From the NCBI GenBank assembly GCA_044892525.1, contig CM097885.1, forward strand, positions 33,792,001 through 33,856,000: a DNA stretch of 64,000 bases. Reading direction: 5' to 3'. The notes under the pieces were generated by a model that was given only the letters and a program-made list of their open reading frames with translations, did no database searches and had not been told where the DNA came from. How positions within the stretch are numbered: position 1 is the first letter of the stretch; each line of letters begins with the position of its first letter. This stretch comes from Schmidtea polychroa (Eukaryota). This document shows positions 1 to 14,900 of this stretch, piece after piece. The position numbers were made by a program, and so were the translations under genes.

Positions 1-1477
1 AAAATAGTTAAATATTCTTAATTAGTAAAAGTTGGATTAAAAAAACTAATTTAAAATGATTATTACCAGCTTGGTCCAAAGCCGCTAGCAGTTAGAATGA
101 TTAAATACATGTAAATTCGTTAATTTTGAGACATTTATTCGTTGCAATTAATGAAATTGTGATTATATTACGCAAACTTTTTATGGAATTATAAGTTTAT
201 GATTTGCTGAGTATTTTCCATTCAGTTGTGGACACAGATAGTCAGAAATGAATTCAAATGAAAACCAAACAATATTTTTATTCTTGTATTTCATATATTT
301 ACAATTTGTTGGTTTTATTATCTTTTTACTCTCTTTATACTATCTTCACTTTGTATATATGTTTGAATGTTTGTATGAGCCACCCGAATCTTGAGACGGG
401 AAATTAACAAACTTCCCGTGATTGAATCGAGCTGAAATTTTGCACATAGATTCATCGTCTGGAACAATGTATTCTTTCAAAATTTCAGAAAGTACTATAA
501 TTAACATTTTTGATCACCAATCCCAATGGAGGAAGGTTAACCTCTAAAATTTAAACTTTTAACGATTTTGTGAATTTTTTAAATATTTTCACCACTGACT
601 AACTGAATATTAATAAATATTAATAAAAAATATTAATAAAAAATATTAATAAAAAATATTAATAAAATGTTCTTTTTGAATTAATTTCTTAACTATGTGA
701 GTTTGCGTAATATTAAATATTTCATAGCATTGAGCACGCATATTGAATTTTTAATTTTAGAGAATGTAAAAAGTAAAATATAGAGAGTTTTAAAAACTAT
801 GTTTTTACGATTAGTGTTTTTCTTTTAAATTATATTTATTCAAATTGATTGATGAAAATATTAATTGCATCTTATAACTTCATCAACAAATTGCAGAAAC
901 ATTTCAAAATAACCTTTGATAAAACCTTAACAACTACTATGAGATTATGAAAAGTATTAAAAATATTAAATATTATTAAAAATAATAAATGATAATTTAA
1001 TTAATCAACTATTGAAGTATCCCTTCACCTTGCTGAAATTGGTATTTTATATTTTATTAAATAGAGAGATTTATAAAAGAAGGTGGAATAATTATTGAAA
1101 ACTTAAGGACGCCTAAACACATTTGAAGTCAGGTAAAATAATTATATTGATATGAGTCTATTAATCACTAGAAATCAAGGAAATAACAGAATAAAATAAA
1201 ACATATTAAACTGTTTCAAAATAATTTAATTAAATAATTAAAAACCTATACAATTAATTTATAATTAACAATAATAATAAATGAGATTTTATCCTGTGTC
1301 TTACTGTTTTTTGTATACAAATATCTTTGGAAATTTAAATATTTAAAGTTTTCCGTTTTCATTATTAATCTTATATTTTTATTATATTTATCTAATGTCT
1401 TTTATTAATGCATTGAAAAAGCAAATAAATATTTTAATAAAAACAAAGATCTTTAATTATTTTTTATTAATAATTAG

Positions 1478-1721
1478 TACCGGAAGTACATTTCACACGT
1501 TATATTGGACTCTTTTCGGTCAATCATCTAACAATTCTACTATGATAGACGGAAATATGGGACTAAGCTATCCTGGACAATCAACACTTCATGTTTCAGA
1601 TAGTTCCTTTCTAATTAGTACGGTGGGGAGCTTTCTGTATGGAACATATTGTGCAATTGTTATTATTATTCTTCTTAATATGTTAATTGCTATGATGAGC
1701 AAATCGTTTGATGAAATTCAA
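1478..1721 (+). CDS. TRPC: TRPC exon: pore loop and S6
   Basis: taattag acceptor ends 1477; CAA|gtaaga donor at 1722; LYWTLFG and LLNMLIAMMSKSFDEIQ are TRPC hallmarks. Confidence 0.92.
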
Positions 1722-4700
1722 GTAAGATATTATTTTACCTGTGTAAATTTAATAGAACTTATACAGTTGATATTTATTTGTCATTATAATTTATATACGG
1801 ACTGCTGCTGGGGGACATTTGTTGACAAAACACATTCAATATTTCTTTGATATTAGTTATTATTAGTTAAATGTTATTTAATTAGATTAATTAATACCAT
1901 TTTAACACAAGTATTTGTATATATGATCACATGTAACTAGGAAAGATGCAGACTCAACATTAATCCAAATTCTTTCTTTTCTTTACTCTGCAGCCAAATC
2001 TGAATAACTGTTAAAACCTGAATTTAGAGTTTCATTCTTTTACACTAAGTTTTATAAATGTGAAAATTCTCTGTCAAAATAGAAAATAAAAAGCATAAAA
2101 ATTACAGCAAACCATTTTTATATATAAATTAATTTATAAATTGTTCTAACAGTCATTCGTACATAATTACACAGACTTTTCACTCTTTCGTACACAGACC
2201 CTACCAATTAGACCCTCATCTCAAAAGATCATTTATACAACTACTTGCATTTTTAAAATAATGGTACATTGTTAGTGTGCTGGTAAAAAGAGACTGTAAT
2301 ATTATGGCTTGTAAGATCCAAAATGATACATCCATTCCTAATTAGAAAACATGTAGAACAATGTAAAATATTCATTAGTCCAAATAAACAAATTTAAAGT
2401 CGTTTTTTAAATAATACCTTAAAATTAAAATATGATATAGCATAAATACAGTTATAATCTGCATAAATAACATATTAAAAATGTTTTCGAATATTACTTG
2501 TTTAAATAAATTATTCACAATCAATAATTAAATTTCAACAGAGCCATATTTAGTAAGTTTCAATAAAACAAAATAATCATTGATAATGTAATTTTCCAGT
2601 TAGGTTTCATTTTATCAGAAATAAATTTAATATTATTTGTAAGCAAGCTAAAATATTTCAATCCGTACGAATTCGGCTTGTACATTTTTAATTGAACTCA
2701 AAAATAATTGAATTTAACATTATAAATTATTGAGTAGTTTATAATATGATTTACCTTAAAATTATTGTTTTATTAACAAAAATATAATAAAATATAATCA
2801 GCTAAATATGGCAGCGATTTAAATAAAAGAAAATAATTTCATTAATAAATATATTTTTATGATATATTTCTACAAAATATAAAATTACTTTATTTATAGG
2901 GGAAAAAATTTCTTAATCTGATATTATTATTACTTAAACAAATATTTCAATTGATTCAAGATAAATTTAAATAAACAACAAAATAAAGATTTCTTTTAAT
3001 TCACACTGGCTTTTCATTATTATTATTACTGATTTTGTTATTTTATCAAAAAAATATTCAGAATAATCAATTCAATTTAGATGGGCCATTATAATTGCCG
3101 GTTTGAAGACAATAAAAATAATTTTTTTTTATTCTGAATATTAATTCTACGATAGTTTAACATACGACATTCCAGAATTCAATCGTTTCATTATAATAAT
3201 TTCGTCATAAATTCAACATTATTCATTGATGCCAATTATAATTCCGATAATATTTTAATATAATCACTTATCGTACGTGCACATTTCGGGCATGAGCACG
3301 CCTGGCTGGCAATTTTGTACAATGTCGTCTGGGACTCGAGCCGTCATTACCGCTGTGAGCTTATTTACTCTTTGATCTAATTCTTTTCTTGTTTTCATCG
3401 TAATCATTTGGTAATCATTAAAAAGAAATCCAAATTAGCACAAAATAATTTTAACGAAAACCAACTTTATACATTCTATATATATATTAGTAAAATAGAC
3501 TGAATAAATAGAATGAAATGCTTACATATTTAACAAATGTTTTAATCCATATTTTTTATGACAACCTTTGGGACACATTTTAAATAATTTTTTAATACAT
3601 GTTTCAACTATATTTAGTATAAACAAAGCATTTTATTGAATGAAATAAATTCAAGTCATTTTATAGTAAAATATATATTAAATATATATCAAAAAATGAT
3701 CGAATTTTATTTAAGTGAAAATTTAGTGATTAACCCTAATTAAATTAAAAATCAATATTTTCAGTTAGTGACCATACCTGGGGTGAATAGGGTGAATTAT
3801 TAAATTATATTTTTTTAAATACATGTTGTTTATTCGTTAAATATATTTATTATATATATTTATTATATTTATTATTATATATATTAATGTGAATATATGT
3901 ATATTATAAAAAAACAATAATGACCTTACTTATAAATTATATTTAATTTAAAATTTCAGTGGTGTACTCAATACTTTTTTCAATAAAAAATACGATATTA
4001 TCAAGTTAATTCACTTTATACATTGAACATTTTCCTATAAATCAATTATGATGAAAATAATTCAAAAAAAATCTTTTATGGGCAAACTTCACTTACCAAA
4101 AAATTCAGATAAAAATTATTACACAAAGGTTCTTATTAAGAAATGTAAGATGCAGTAATTATTTGATGTTTAATTATAATAATTTCAAAATTATGAACAA
4201 TATTTAAATGTGAGAAAAAAGTATTTGAATACTTGTAAAATATAAAGCTTAATTTGTGTTTGAAAATTATCATCAGATTTATTATTATTATTAATATCAA
4301 ATTGTTATTTATTGTTTTTACTATTAACCAAACATTTTTATGGTACATCTCAAGATTTTTGTTTATATGGTTATTTATATGTTTATATCTCGCAAACCTC
4401 AATTATTTGTTACCACATTTACAATTCGAATAAATAACTAGAACAAATATTTTAATAAATAAATAAATTACCATATGTTAGTAAATTAAACAAATTAATT
4501 AAAATATATTAACCTATTTAACCCTTTAGATGCCACGAGATTTTAGTACGGTCGTGCGCTACAGGTCGGGAATTTTCGGGCAAAAAAAATTGATTTTCTA
4601 TTACATTATGTAAAATACTTGAACTTAGCTAGTAAAAAAATGCCCTCATTTTGTATGAGCGGCGTGGCGCGCACGGAAATACAGAGCGTGTTAACACGCT

Positions 4701-7700
4701 TATGGCATCTAAAGGGTTAAAAATGAGGCATAAAAAGATTTCATAAGAAAAGTTTCGATATTGGTTTTGGTCAAAAGTATATATGGAAATAGTATTAAAG
4801 AATAACAACTATATTTTTATTAAATAATTATAGTAATTATAATAATTATCATTTGCAGGGTGATCGTCTCGAAGAATGGAAATTTGCTCGAGCAGTTTTA
4901 TGGCTAGTTTATATAGAACATGAAGGAGTGCTTCCAGTTCCATTCAATCTTATTTTGTCAAGAGATCAAATATTAAAAGTATTTTCAGAAGTTCGAAAGT
5001 TATTCGGATTTGAAGGACTGAAAGTGCAAGAAGTAAGTTAAATAATTCAAACAAATTAATATTTAGATTTAATTATAAAATTATTTTACTAATTAAGAAA
5101 TATTACAATGATTGATGATATTTATAAATTAATGAAATTACAATAAAATATAAAATGATAATTACTTGGTAGCAGCATTAATTAAATTTAAAAACAATTA
5201 AATGATAATTTAAGCCTTTTGCTGCAAATAATATGTTTAATACAAATGAAAAAATTTCGACAATAAGATTGACTGTGAAATTGTAAAGGACTTTGTATTA
5301 AATATATTATTCTCTGCAAAAGGCTTAAATTATCATTTAAAATACCAAAGTAATAAACATAATTAAATAAACTAGTAAATCACTGTTAATCATAAAATTT
5401 GTTTATTTTGAAAGAAATTGAAAACTTTTAATTTGCAGATATTTTAAATGCAAGGAAAATTTACAAGATAGCAATAAAAATATAATTAAATTCAATTCAT
5501 TTCAAAAATCGAGTAATTTATTCAAAATAATTTTTTTTGATAAAAAATAAATTAAATTAAATCATATAAACACTATTTTGGCTATAAAAAATATATTGTA
5601 TTATAAATTTAGGATTTTAAATGAATTTAATTAATGTATTAATAAATAATTAAATAAAAATACTTATTTTGTAATAGTGTATAGATCAATAAAATTGATA
5701 AAAAAGAAAAATGTTATTTTTGTATAAAACGAAATTTTTTAATAAATCATTAAAAAATGCCTATGTGCAATTAAAATTTAATTATCGTATAATTTGTAAT
5801 AAAATCTTTCGTTTCCAATTAATAAAATAATTATTAATAAAGTTGTTTTTGAAAAAAACTACATTTTCCAGTAGATTTCTAGAATTGTGTTTTCCAGTTT
5901 TTAATATACAAAATAATTGGCCCTTTGCTTATTCGCGTGACCTTGAGATTCGATAATGCTAAACTTTCATTTAAAAGTGATATATTTAAATTTGAAAATG
6001 TTAATTTAATATCTTATTTATTAATAAATATTTAATATATATTTATTAGTAAAAATTTATAATAGTAAATTCTCAATTTTCACCCCTGATTTCTTTACAA
6101 TTGACATTGTATTAATTAAAAAACTTGACTATGAATCAGTAAAGATATCGATGTTCCTTTTGATATTCACGAAATTTGTTTTGAAGTGATTTACTTAATT
6201 AAATTCGTGAATATCAAAAAAACATCGATATCTTCAATTTTTTTAAATACAATACAAGATCTATTAGTGTGATCTTTATCTATATATATATATATTTAAT
6301 AATACTTTATTTTATTTAATAAAGTTTTATTTTAAGTAATGTCTATTTTATAATATATAATAAATTGCATTTTTAAGTAGGATTTCAAAATATTATTTAT
6401 TTTAAAAGCACGGTATTTTTGTAATAGCCACTATACAAATATAATATAAAAGTTTACGTAATAAATAAATAAAGTCATATTTAAATAGAAATTATCATTG
6501 TCAGATCAGTTCAAAAATTAAAATAAAAATCGGAAATCACGCGGTAATACAAAGCAGTTTTAACTTGAATAATTAAATATTACAAACAAAATTTCGGCAG
6601 TAAATATCCTTGAAACAAAAATCGTTTTAATGTGTTTGATTTTGTTATTTTGACACTTTAAAACTGAATTTAATTGTTTTATTTATTACAATTAAATTAA
6701 ATTTATTGATATTCTCGTAATAAAATTTGAGAAAACGAATAATTCATCAAGGCAATTTCGAGATGAGATATAAATGTCAGCTTAATTCCGGAATAATATT
6801 TTGTGGCGTCAGTTTTGTTTTAAACATACTGATAAAAATGAAATTTTAGTAAATTGTTCACATAAAGTTTGTATTGTTGATAATAAATTTAAGTGCGATT
6901 TCTGAGTAAAATAATTAATATTTTCTTTCAGAAATGATGTTATTAATAAAAGTACAAAACAATTAAATTTTAATTGTTTGGTGAGATTTTTAATTTAATT
7001 TTTTTTGTCTATTCGATTTTCACACCCAACTAGTGAAATTAGTATTTAATTTTTAATTATAAAATAAAATTGACATGTTCTCACAAACTTCGTACAGTTA
7101 ATAAAATTATTTGAATTTAGATTTTGCATTTATGATGTTGTAGGATTTTATTTATACAAATTAAACCTTGTCCTATATATTTATTTCGCGAGTTTTGTGT
7201 ATTTGCATTGACAAATACATTTGAATAACATCAATTTGAATTGTGATGGTGAAATGTTATAGACTTCGACAAAATTTCAGTATATGTCATTTTCAAAATG
7301 AATTTCCTTTATGCAGATAAATGTGTACACTGCCTGATGCATGAACAAACACTTGTTAGTGGTATACAGTGGTATACAGTTTGCATGGAATAAGGACATC
7401 TATATTATAGATTCTGTAATATTAAAAGAAATCAATAAACTTGTATTATGGAAACACACAAACTTACATGTATGTTGAAATTTAATGTTTTATGAATAAA
7501 ATTAAAATTTACTATAGAAATTGAGAAAGTGGTAGAAGAAACCCTTTAACACACAAACTTAACATATATTAAAATATGCATGTAAACTTTCGATATTTAG
7601 AAATATTGCATAATGGATATTAATAAAATTTTAATTTTTTAAAAACAATCACAGATAAAAATGTTCCACTTACTATCCTAGAGATGTGGAGAAAAGAAAG

Positions 7701-10700
7701 AGAAAAACTCTTAAATGATAAAGACGAATTTCATTTTAAACTTTCATTATGAATACCAAGAAGTTCTTTTAACTTTATAATTTACAAATTTGGAAAGATA
7801 AACTTGAAAAATATAAAAACACTATTCATCAATTTTGTCCGAACGGTATAAATAAAATGAAAATATTAGGCGAATAATATTAAAACATCAGGTTTAAATT
7901 AAAAATAGTTAAAACTTAAATTGTAAAAATTCCAAAAAAATTAAATTTTGTTGATTCATAGTGTCAGAAATCATGAGTCATTCGTTTTAAACACAAACCT
8001 TTATCAAAGACGTTATTATTCCATGTTAACGGGTGTACATTTGGATCTAATTACACTCATTAAAACTGCAGACAAAATTACAAACTTTTAAGTTATTTGA
8101 TCGTTGGTGTACAAGCCATATAAAACTACAAAATGTGCCATGAATATTACTTACAACCTGTCTTCTTTTAGCAGATTCAATTTAGAAATATTGTAATTTA
8201 TAGTGTATTTTATCAAAAAAACTAACTCAAATATTTAATTAGTATTAAATTAAAGAAACTGTACACAAATAATAAAAAGTAAAAAGTTCATTTGAAAAAT
8301 CCAGTGCAGAAAATTCGTGAATATCCAAAACATCGATGTATTTACTGATCCATAGTCAAGCTTTTTAATTAATAACAAGTATGATAATATCAGTGTTTTA
8401 CCTCATCTTATTATTCTAGTAGTATTGAGTCAGTGAAATTGATAATGTGTTTGTTTTATTTCAATTGTATTTAAGTTTGTGAATAAACATTCATATTAAG
8501 TATTACATTAATAAAAACCCATAAAAAGATCCTATTTATTTTCATCAATATACAATAAATTAAATTTAAAACACCTTAATTTTGATGTTATTAAGTAAAA
8601 TAATAACATTAAAAAGTTAAGAAAAGTAAAGAAAAGAAATCAAAAATAATATGAAATTCACATATGAAAGTGATCATTGTTACAGCATGCAGAAAATAAA
8701 CACTTTGAATGACAGTTTGAAATAAAATATACCACTGATGATTTGAACAAGAAAGACTAATATTTAAAAAATAAATTCAAGAAAAGATGAATGTTCATAA
8801 TGTCCAAAATTTTAAAATTAATGAAAAATATTTTAGGGAGAGAAAATGTATAAGTTTTCTTTTTCAATCTGCTTAACCCATGAACATACTTTCAGGTAGG
8901 CTTATACATGAAAAATATTACTGAATAAGTCGTTTGTTTTAAATACTCATTCGAATTTTTAATTTTTGCAAAAGGTCATTTTAAACTTTTAAAATTTTCA
9001 ATAAATACAGTTTCCACGAAAATACAAAATGGTTAATTTTAAAAGAATTCAGCAATTGGATTCAGTTGCACAATTTTGATTCTCGATGTTCTTGCAAAAT
9101 TTAAATTTAAACCTCTTATTGTGTATTTTAAAGATTTGACACCAAAAATAATGTGGTATTTTGTAAGTATACAAATAATAATATTATAATTTCTTTAATC
9201 ACCGACCACTCTTTGTTTAATTTGTAGTTTTAACAATTTTCATCAGCAATAAAACAAAATAATTAATGACTTGGGTTTTCAAATCCTCTTTAAATCATTT
9301 TTCATTTAACCTCAGCTCATTACGCTGTCATGGTAATTGGCTTTGTAAGACCTTTTTGCTTTCTTTTAATTACAATAATTAACCTGGTTCAAATTTAATT
9401 AAATGTTTTAATTAATTAATCATTTAGTAATTTGTCATTTTTCGACGGTATTAATTTTAATTTTTAATATTGCCCTTGTTTCATATTTTTACATTTTAAT
9501 TATTTTACCAATTTTTAATAAATTAAAAATAATTTATAGTTACAGAAATTAGTTCCTTTGATAAAAAATGGAATAATTTATTAATAATGAGATTTATTAG
9601 AAACCTAACTTGACAACAATAAGGAAAAACAGTTTGAACAAAAACATCAATTATATTAGTTTAACATTTTGAAGGAGTTCTAAAAGAGATTACAGAATTG
9701 AAAATGATTAATTTGCTCCTATAGGAAAATATTCTGTATTTTATGTTGTTCAAATAAACACTTTGATAACTAAATGGATTAAAATCTTATATCTAATTTC
9801 GACAATTTCTACTGTTATACCAGATAGTGTATCTGGAAGACCACAAGTACCCTCCAATTTGTTTATCTTTACCTGAATTTGATAGTAACTTCATTTTGTA
9901 GGAAATAATTTCATGGTCTCTTTATTAAAATGCTAATTTACTTTTGCAATTATCATAATAGTGTATCATATTGTTAGACATAATACATCAAATATAATGC
10001 ATTGTACACCCTGTTTAGTTTCTTTAGTATGTTTTGAATTGTTACACGCTACAAGCCAATTTATTTATTAGTTGTTAAAAATATAATATTTTATAAAAAC
10101 ATGAACTATGTGAATAATAAAATTTAAAAATTAAAATCTTTTGATAACTAGTTTGTTAGAATGTTTTATTATAGGAATTTTGTAGCGAGATAGAATTTAT
10201 TTCTCTGACCAAGTTAGAAGGCTATAATAATATTATTATCCAGCGTAATAAGATTCCCAATATAAAAGCAATTTGGTCTTTTGCCTATATTACCAATTTT
10301 AATGATTTTTAATGAAATTTATAAAGCTATGTTGTTAAAGTGAATTCTGCTATACTTCACAGATAAAAACGATATTTCAAGGGACTTGAAATTGTACCAT
10401 TATTTTTCATTAATTTCTATTCTTTGATAATTGTTTACATCTTTTCAATAATATTAGTATAATAAAAGTTACATAATCATAAAGAAATTCGAAATACAAA
10501 ACAATTCCAGCTATTGAATTAAATCAGAAAATATAATTCCATAAACAATTTAATTAATTATTCATATCTCATTATTGTTGTCATTGTGTTTTAAATGGTA
10601 TGTAGAATATTATTTGCAATTAAACTTTGTGACACTGCTGAGCTCATTTTTGATTGTTTTCTTACTTCTATTTGATGGTGCACTATGGAATTGTTTCATA

Positions 10701-11933
10701 AATAAGGAAAATAACCTAAAAGTAAGAAAAATAATTTAATAAAAATAATAAAATATATACAGACATTTTTAATTCTTTGAACAACGACCTTTTTTTATTC
10801 TTTTGACGACTTTTTCATTTTGTATTTTATAATCTACAACTGTATTATCAAGCCATTTTTGCAATACAAAAACTTATCATAAAGTTGGGGGCCCATCAAG
10901 AAGCACAAACAATAAATCTAAATATGGTTTTTATAATTTTAGGAATTGCTAAACAAACTATAAAAATATATAATTTAATTGTATATAATTTATTTCGTAT
11001 GATATTTCAATAAAATAATTAAAAGTTAGTATTTCCTTACACACTGAAAATAATAATTTTAATTAGAGCAAATGTTTTACTAATTACAATTATCAAAATT
11101 TTATTCATTAAAATGTTATTACTATATGCTCACCATATAAAATTTGAAATACTTCATATAAAAAAAATGACAAGTAAAATGTAAACACATAATATATTTT
11201 TACTTTTCATTTCTTTTCATACTATATTAACACTCTTAATTTTTATATTTTGAGAAAATGGTAGTTCGTGTAGTGCCACTGATATTCCAATTAATAAATA
11301 TATTAATTTAATAATTAAGTTAAATGCATTACTAAATTAAGTAAATTAAAAGACATTGTTTAAATATTCGTTCATTCAATCTCTTTCGAACATTGCCACC
11401 TTTTATTTCAACATGAATTCAAATCTTTGGAATTCCAACAATTTGTGGGAAGATAAATCATTTCAAAAAGTCAATATTATAATTCCCAATGCAGCTGCTC
11501 ATGAAACTTGGCACCACTTCATCTCTATAACGAATGTATCATTTCAGAAACACCACTCTCTGTTTTTTTACATATTTTGGTGCTATCAATGTTCACCAAA
11601 TGGAATTATCAGATTTTCTAATATAATTTTTAAATATCTGTCTAATGTACCTACATTTTGTAACATTTTAATGTTTTAAATTTCTAATGTAAATCTTTTA
11701 AACTTTTATTAATTATATTTATTTATTAAACAGTTTAAAGACTATGAATCAGTAAATATATCGATGTTTTTAAAATTCACGAATTTAGATCTTTAAATTC
11801 ACTTGAAAAAGACAGTGCCGAAAATTCGTGAATTTTAAAAACATCGATATATTTACTGATTCATAGTCTTCAGGTTTTTTAATAAATACAATGGAAAAGA
11901 AATCAGTGGTGAAATTGGAATAAAGGTTCATAT

Positions 11934-11969
<36 letters not shown>

Positions 11970-14900
11970 CTTTATATATTAATTATTAATGCAATTTAAA
12001 GGACAACATGTTTTTAATAGGCAAGCTGTTTCTTAAAAAAAATAATCTTTGTCAGATATTAATTTTTAAAATATTAAATTTCAAAAATTTATAAATTTAA
12101 AATGAAAATAATTAAATACAATTGAAAATAATGAATTTATATGTAAACATATTTAATTCTTTCATAAAATGCCGAAAACTATATTTTAAATCCACGTGTT
12201 GTGTTGAATTAATGAATGAATTGACTTTTTATATATTTTTGAAATTCCTTGAACTTTGTTTTTTTATTTAACTTATTTATAAAAAATACATATATAACTT
12301 TATTCAAATTTCTTAATTATTAATGGATGTTTAAAATAGAAGGAGTTCAGAAAGAATACTGATAATTTTTCATAATTCAAAAAAATATATTATTTCTATA
12401 TTAATTGTAAATTACACCAAAGTACTGTGAGTAAAAGCTTCGTTATTATTATAAAACTATCCATGCACCTTTTTATATTATTATTAATAAAATATATTGA
12501 CCTCTAATCTCAAAAGAAATGAAAATTTAGAGAAATCAAAATAAACAACATTCTATTGATTTATATTCATAACATTGTATTCACATTTGGAACGGAGAGA
12601 AATGCATAGTAAGGCATATAGCACACCAATTTATACTTTTCTTTTCGTATTTTCCCTAAAATCATTTGTCAATTTAAGTATAAGAGAATGAATTGATTTA
12701 TTGTTGGTAGAGAAGGGGTATTCAAAATCGTTTTCAATAGTTGGAAGAGACTGTTGATAAATGTATTAAGAATCTTGAAGATCTATATTTGAGTATGCCT
12801 TGGTGTAATTTGACTGGTGTATGTAAATCGGATGATGAAGTAAATGAAAGGGATCGACCGATATTAGTAAATATAATAATAAATATATGAGTAAAATAAT
12901 ATTGTTTGATCCAAAAATTAATATGAATTTTTTTTAATTGTTTAATTGTGGTTATTATTTAAATGTATTGAATGGTGAAATTGGTATATTAAATAATATT
13001 GTTTTACAAATTTAAGAATTTATGGTTTTTTGATCAAAATTAAAATTACAAAATTTTTAAATTTTTTGAAAAATTAGTTTTTCTATTCTATCTGATGATG
13101 AGAATTAAACCTTCGAAATATATCGTAAAAATGATGTTTGAGTGGCTCTTTCTAATAATTTATTGATTATTTTTGAAATGGGAAATCTTTAATATCATGG
13201 CTGATATTTAGTAACACCCGTCTTAATTAACTTTCCTATATGTTCTTCAGTTAACTCCTTACCTGACTCTCGCATTATTTCAAGTTAGTTTAATTTGCAA
13301 TTTAATATTATGCCGAATTAAATATTTCACCAAAAATTGTATTGGGACATATACTATAATAACACAATGAATGTAATAGTAAAATTAAACCAGCAGCTTA
13401 AGGGTAATTTGAGTCAGCTGCATAATTCCACGCTCATAGAAGCTTTGAAATTCTGGATAAAAATTGATTTAGGGGATTTTTAGGTCTTCCAGTGAAGAAA
13501 AGGGTTTATCATTTAAGCTATTTTGAAGAGATCTAAATAAATTATAGTCGGAGAATGAAAGCACGGGAGAGTATAATAGATAAACAAAAACATCTTAGAC
13601 AACATTTACAATTTTGTGTCGGGTGGCCAAAGAGATATGTGATATAGCATTTCCTGGATGAAAAGCAATTTTCTTTATAATGGCTAATTTAAGCCATTTC
13701 AGTTCGATCGGTTGCTTTAATTCACTGATTTATGAACTCCAACTAAATGGTCTGGTTTTCATGTAACAACTCATGAAAAACGATTTCGTTACAAACCAAC
13801 AAAATTCATCACATAACCCTCTTCGAAGGTATACATGCTTTGATGCGGATGCATTGTTAAACATAGCTCAGATGTTCAAAAAGAGTGATCTGTTTCGTTG
13901 TTTAACTGATCAGTTAAGTTTTAGTATTTTTACTTAATGTTATTTATAATCCAAAATCCAATTTTGTAAATAAAAGTACATTAAAATTATTTTATATATC
14001 CGCCTGAAGACATTTAAAGGACAAAAGATATATGATACAAAATTAATTTCATATCACATCATTTAATAGATCATTTTTCATAGAATGCATGACAAATAAT
14101 TTATTTAAAGTTTTTGTTTTTTTTTAATTTCTATTTATACTAATAAATAGAAAATCAATTTTGAAATTTTACATTTTGAAATTAATTAATTTCAATATTT
14201 TACATATTTATTAGTTTTTAATTGATCAATTATTATTTGTAATTGTAGCACTTCCTTTTCCATTTATTTTATAATTTACCAAAATTAAATATTGATTTAG
14301 ATATTTATTTTACACATTTACATAATTTAGAACAAAGAAATTTTAAACATTTTTATAATTTGTTAAATTTTATTAATAATTTTATTAAAATTTTAGGTCA
14401 ATGGCTACGAAGAATATATTGAAGCTAATGAACATAAAAAAGATTTAAACAAAATGAAAGCAAATATGATAAGACGATATTTATTCCAGTTACAAAGAAT
14501 GAAAGAACAAGAAAATAAGAGTGGAGGTAAGATGATTTTTTTGTATTATCAGTGAAATAAATTCAAGTTTCACGAATTAAAAATTGTGCTAAATTTTAAT
14601 TTAGGTAAAAGATAAAAAAGAGAGTGTTGTAACAAAGGTTTAAAGTGATTTTACTATTTTTATTTTTTTTGAAAAATTTATTTGTATTAAAAGAAATATA
14701 ATTAGAAATTACAGATAAATTAAGTAATGATAAAATCTCTAAAAAATATTGTAAATTATCAGATTTGGAATTAGATGATTATGTTTATTCATATATTTTA
14801 ATTCTGAATGACGAATTCAAAGAAAACTTTCTCTCAGATTATTCTTTGACAAAACCCTAAAGGGTGTATTAATGAATTTATTTAAAAATGAATCACCAAT

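Noticed and set aside
375..545. DNA-transposon-like end (gagctgaaattttgcac..aaaatttcag)
   Set aside because: No matching second terminus or TSD found, so it cannot be delimited or classified.
14605..14637. 33-nt AG..GT candidate TRPC microexon
   Set aside because: In the required phase 1 it reads G-K-R-stop; the flanking exons already join in frame and the donor is weak.
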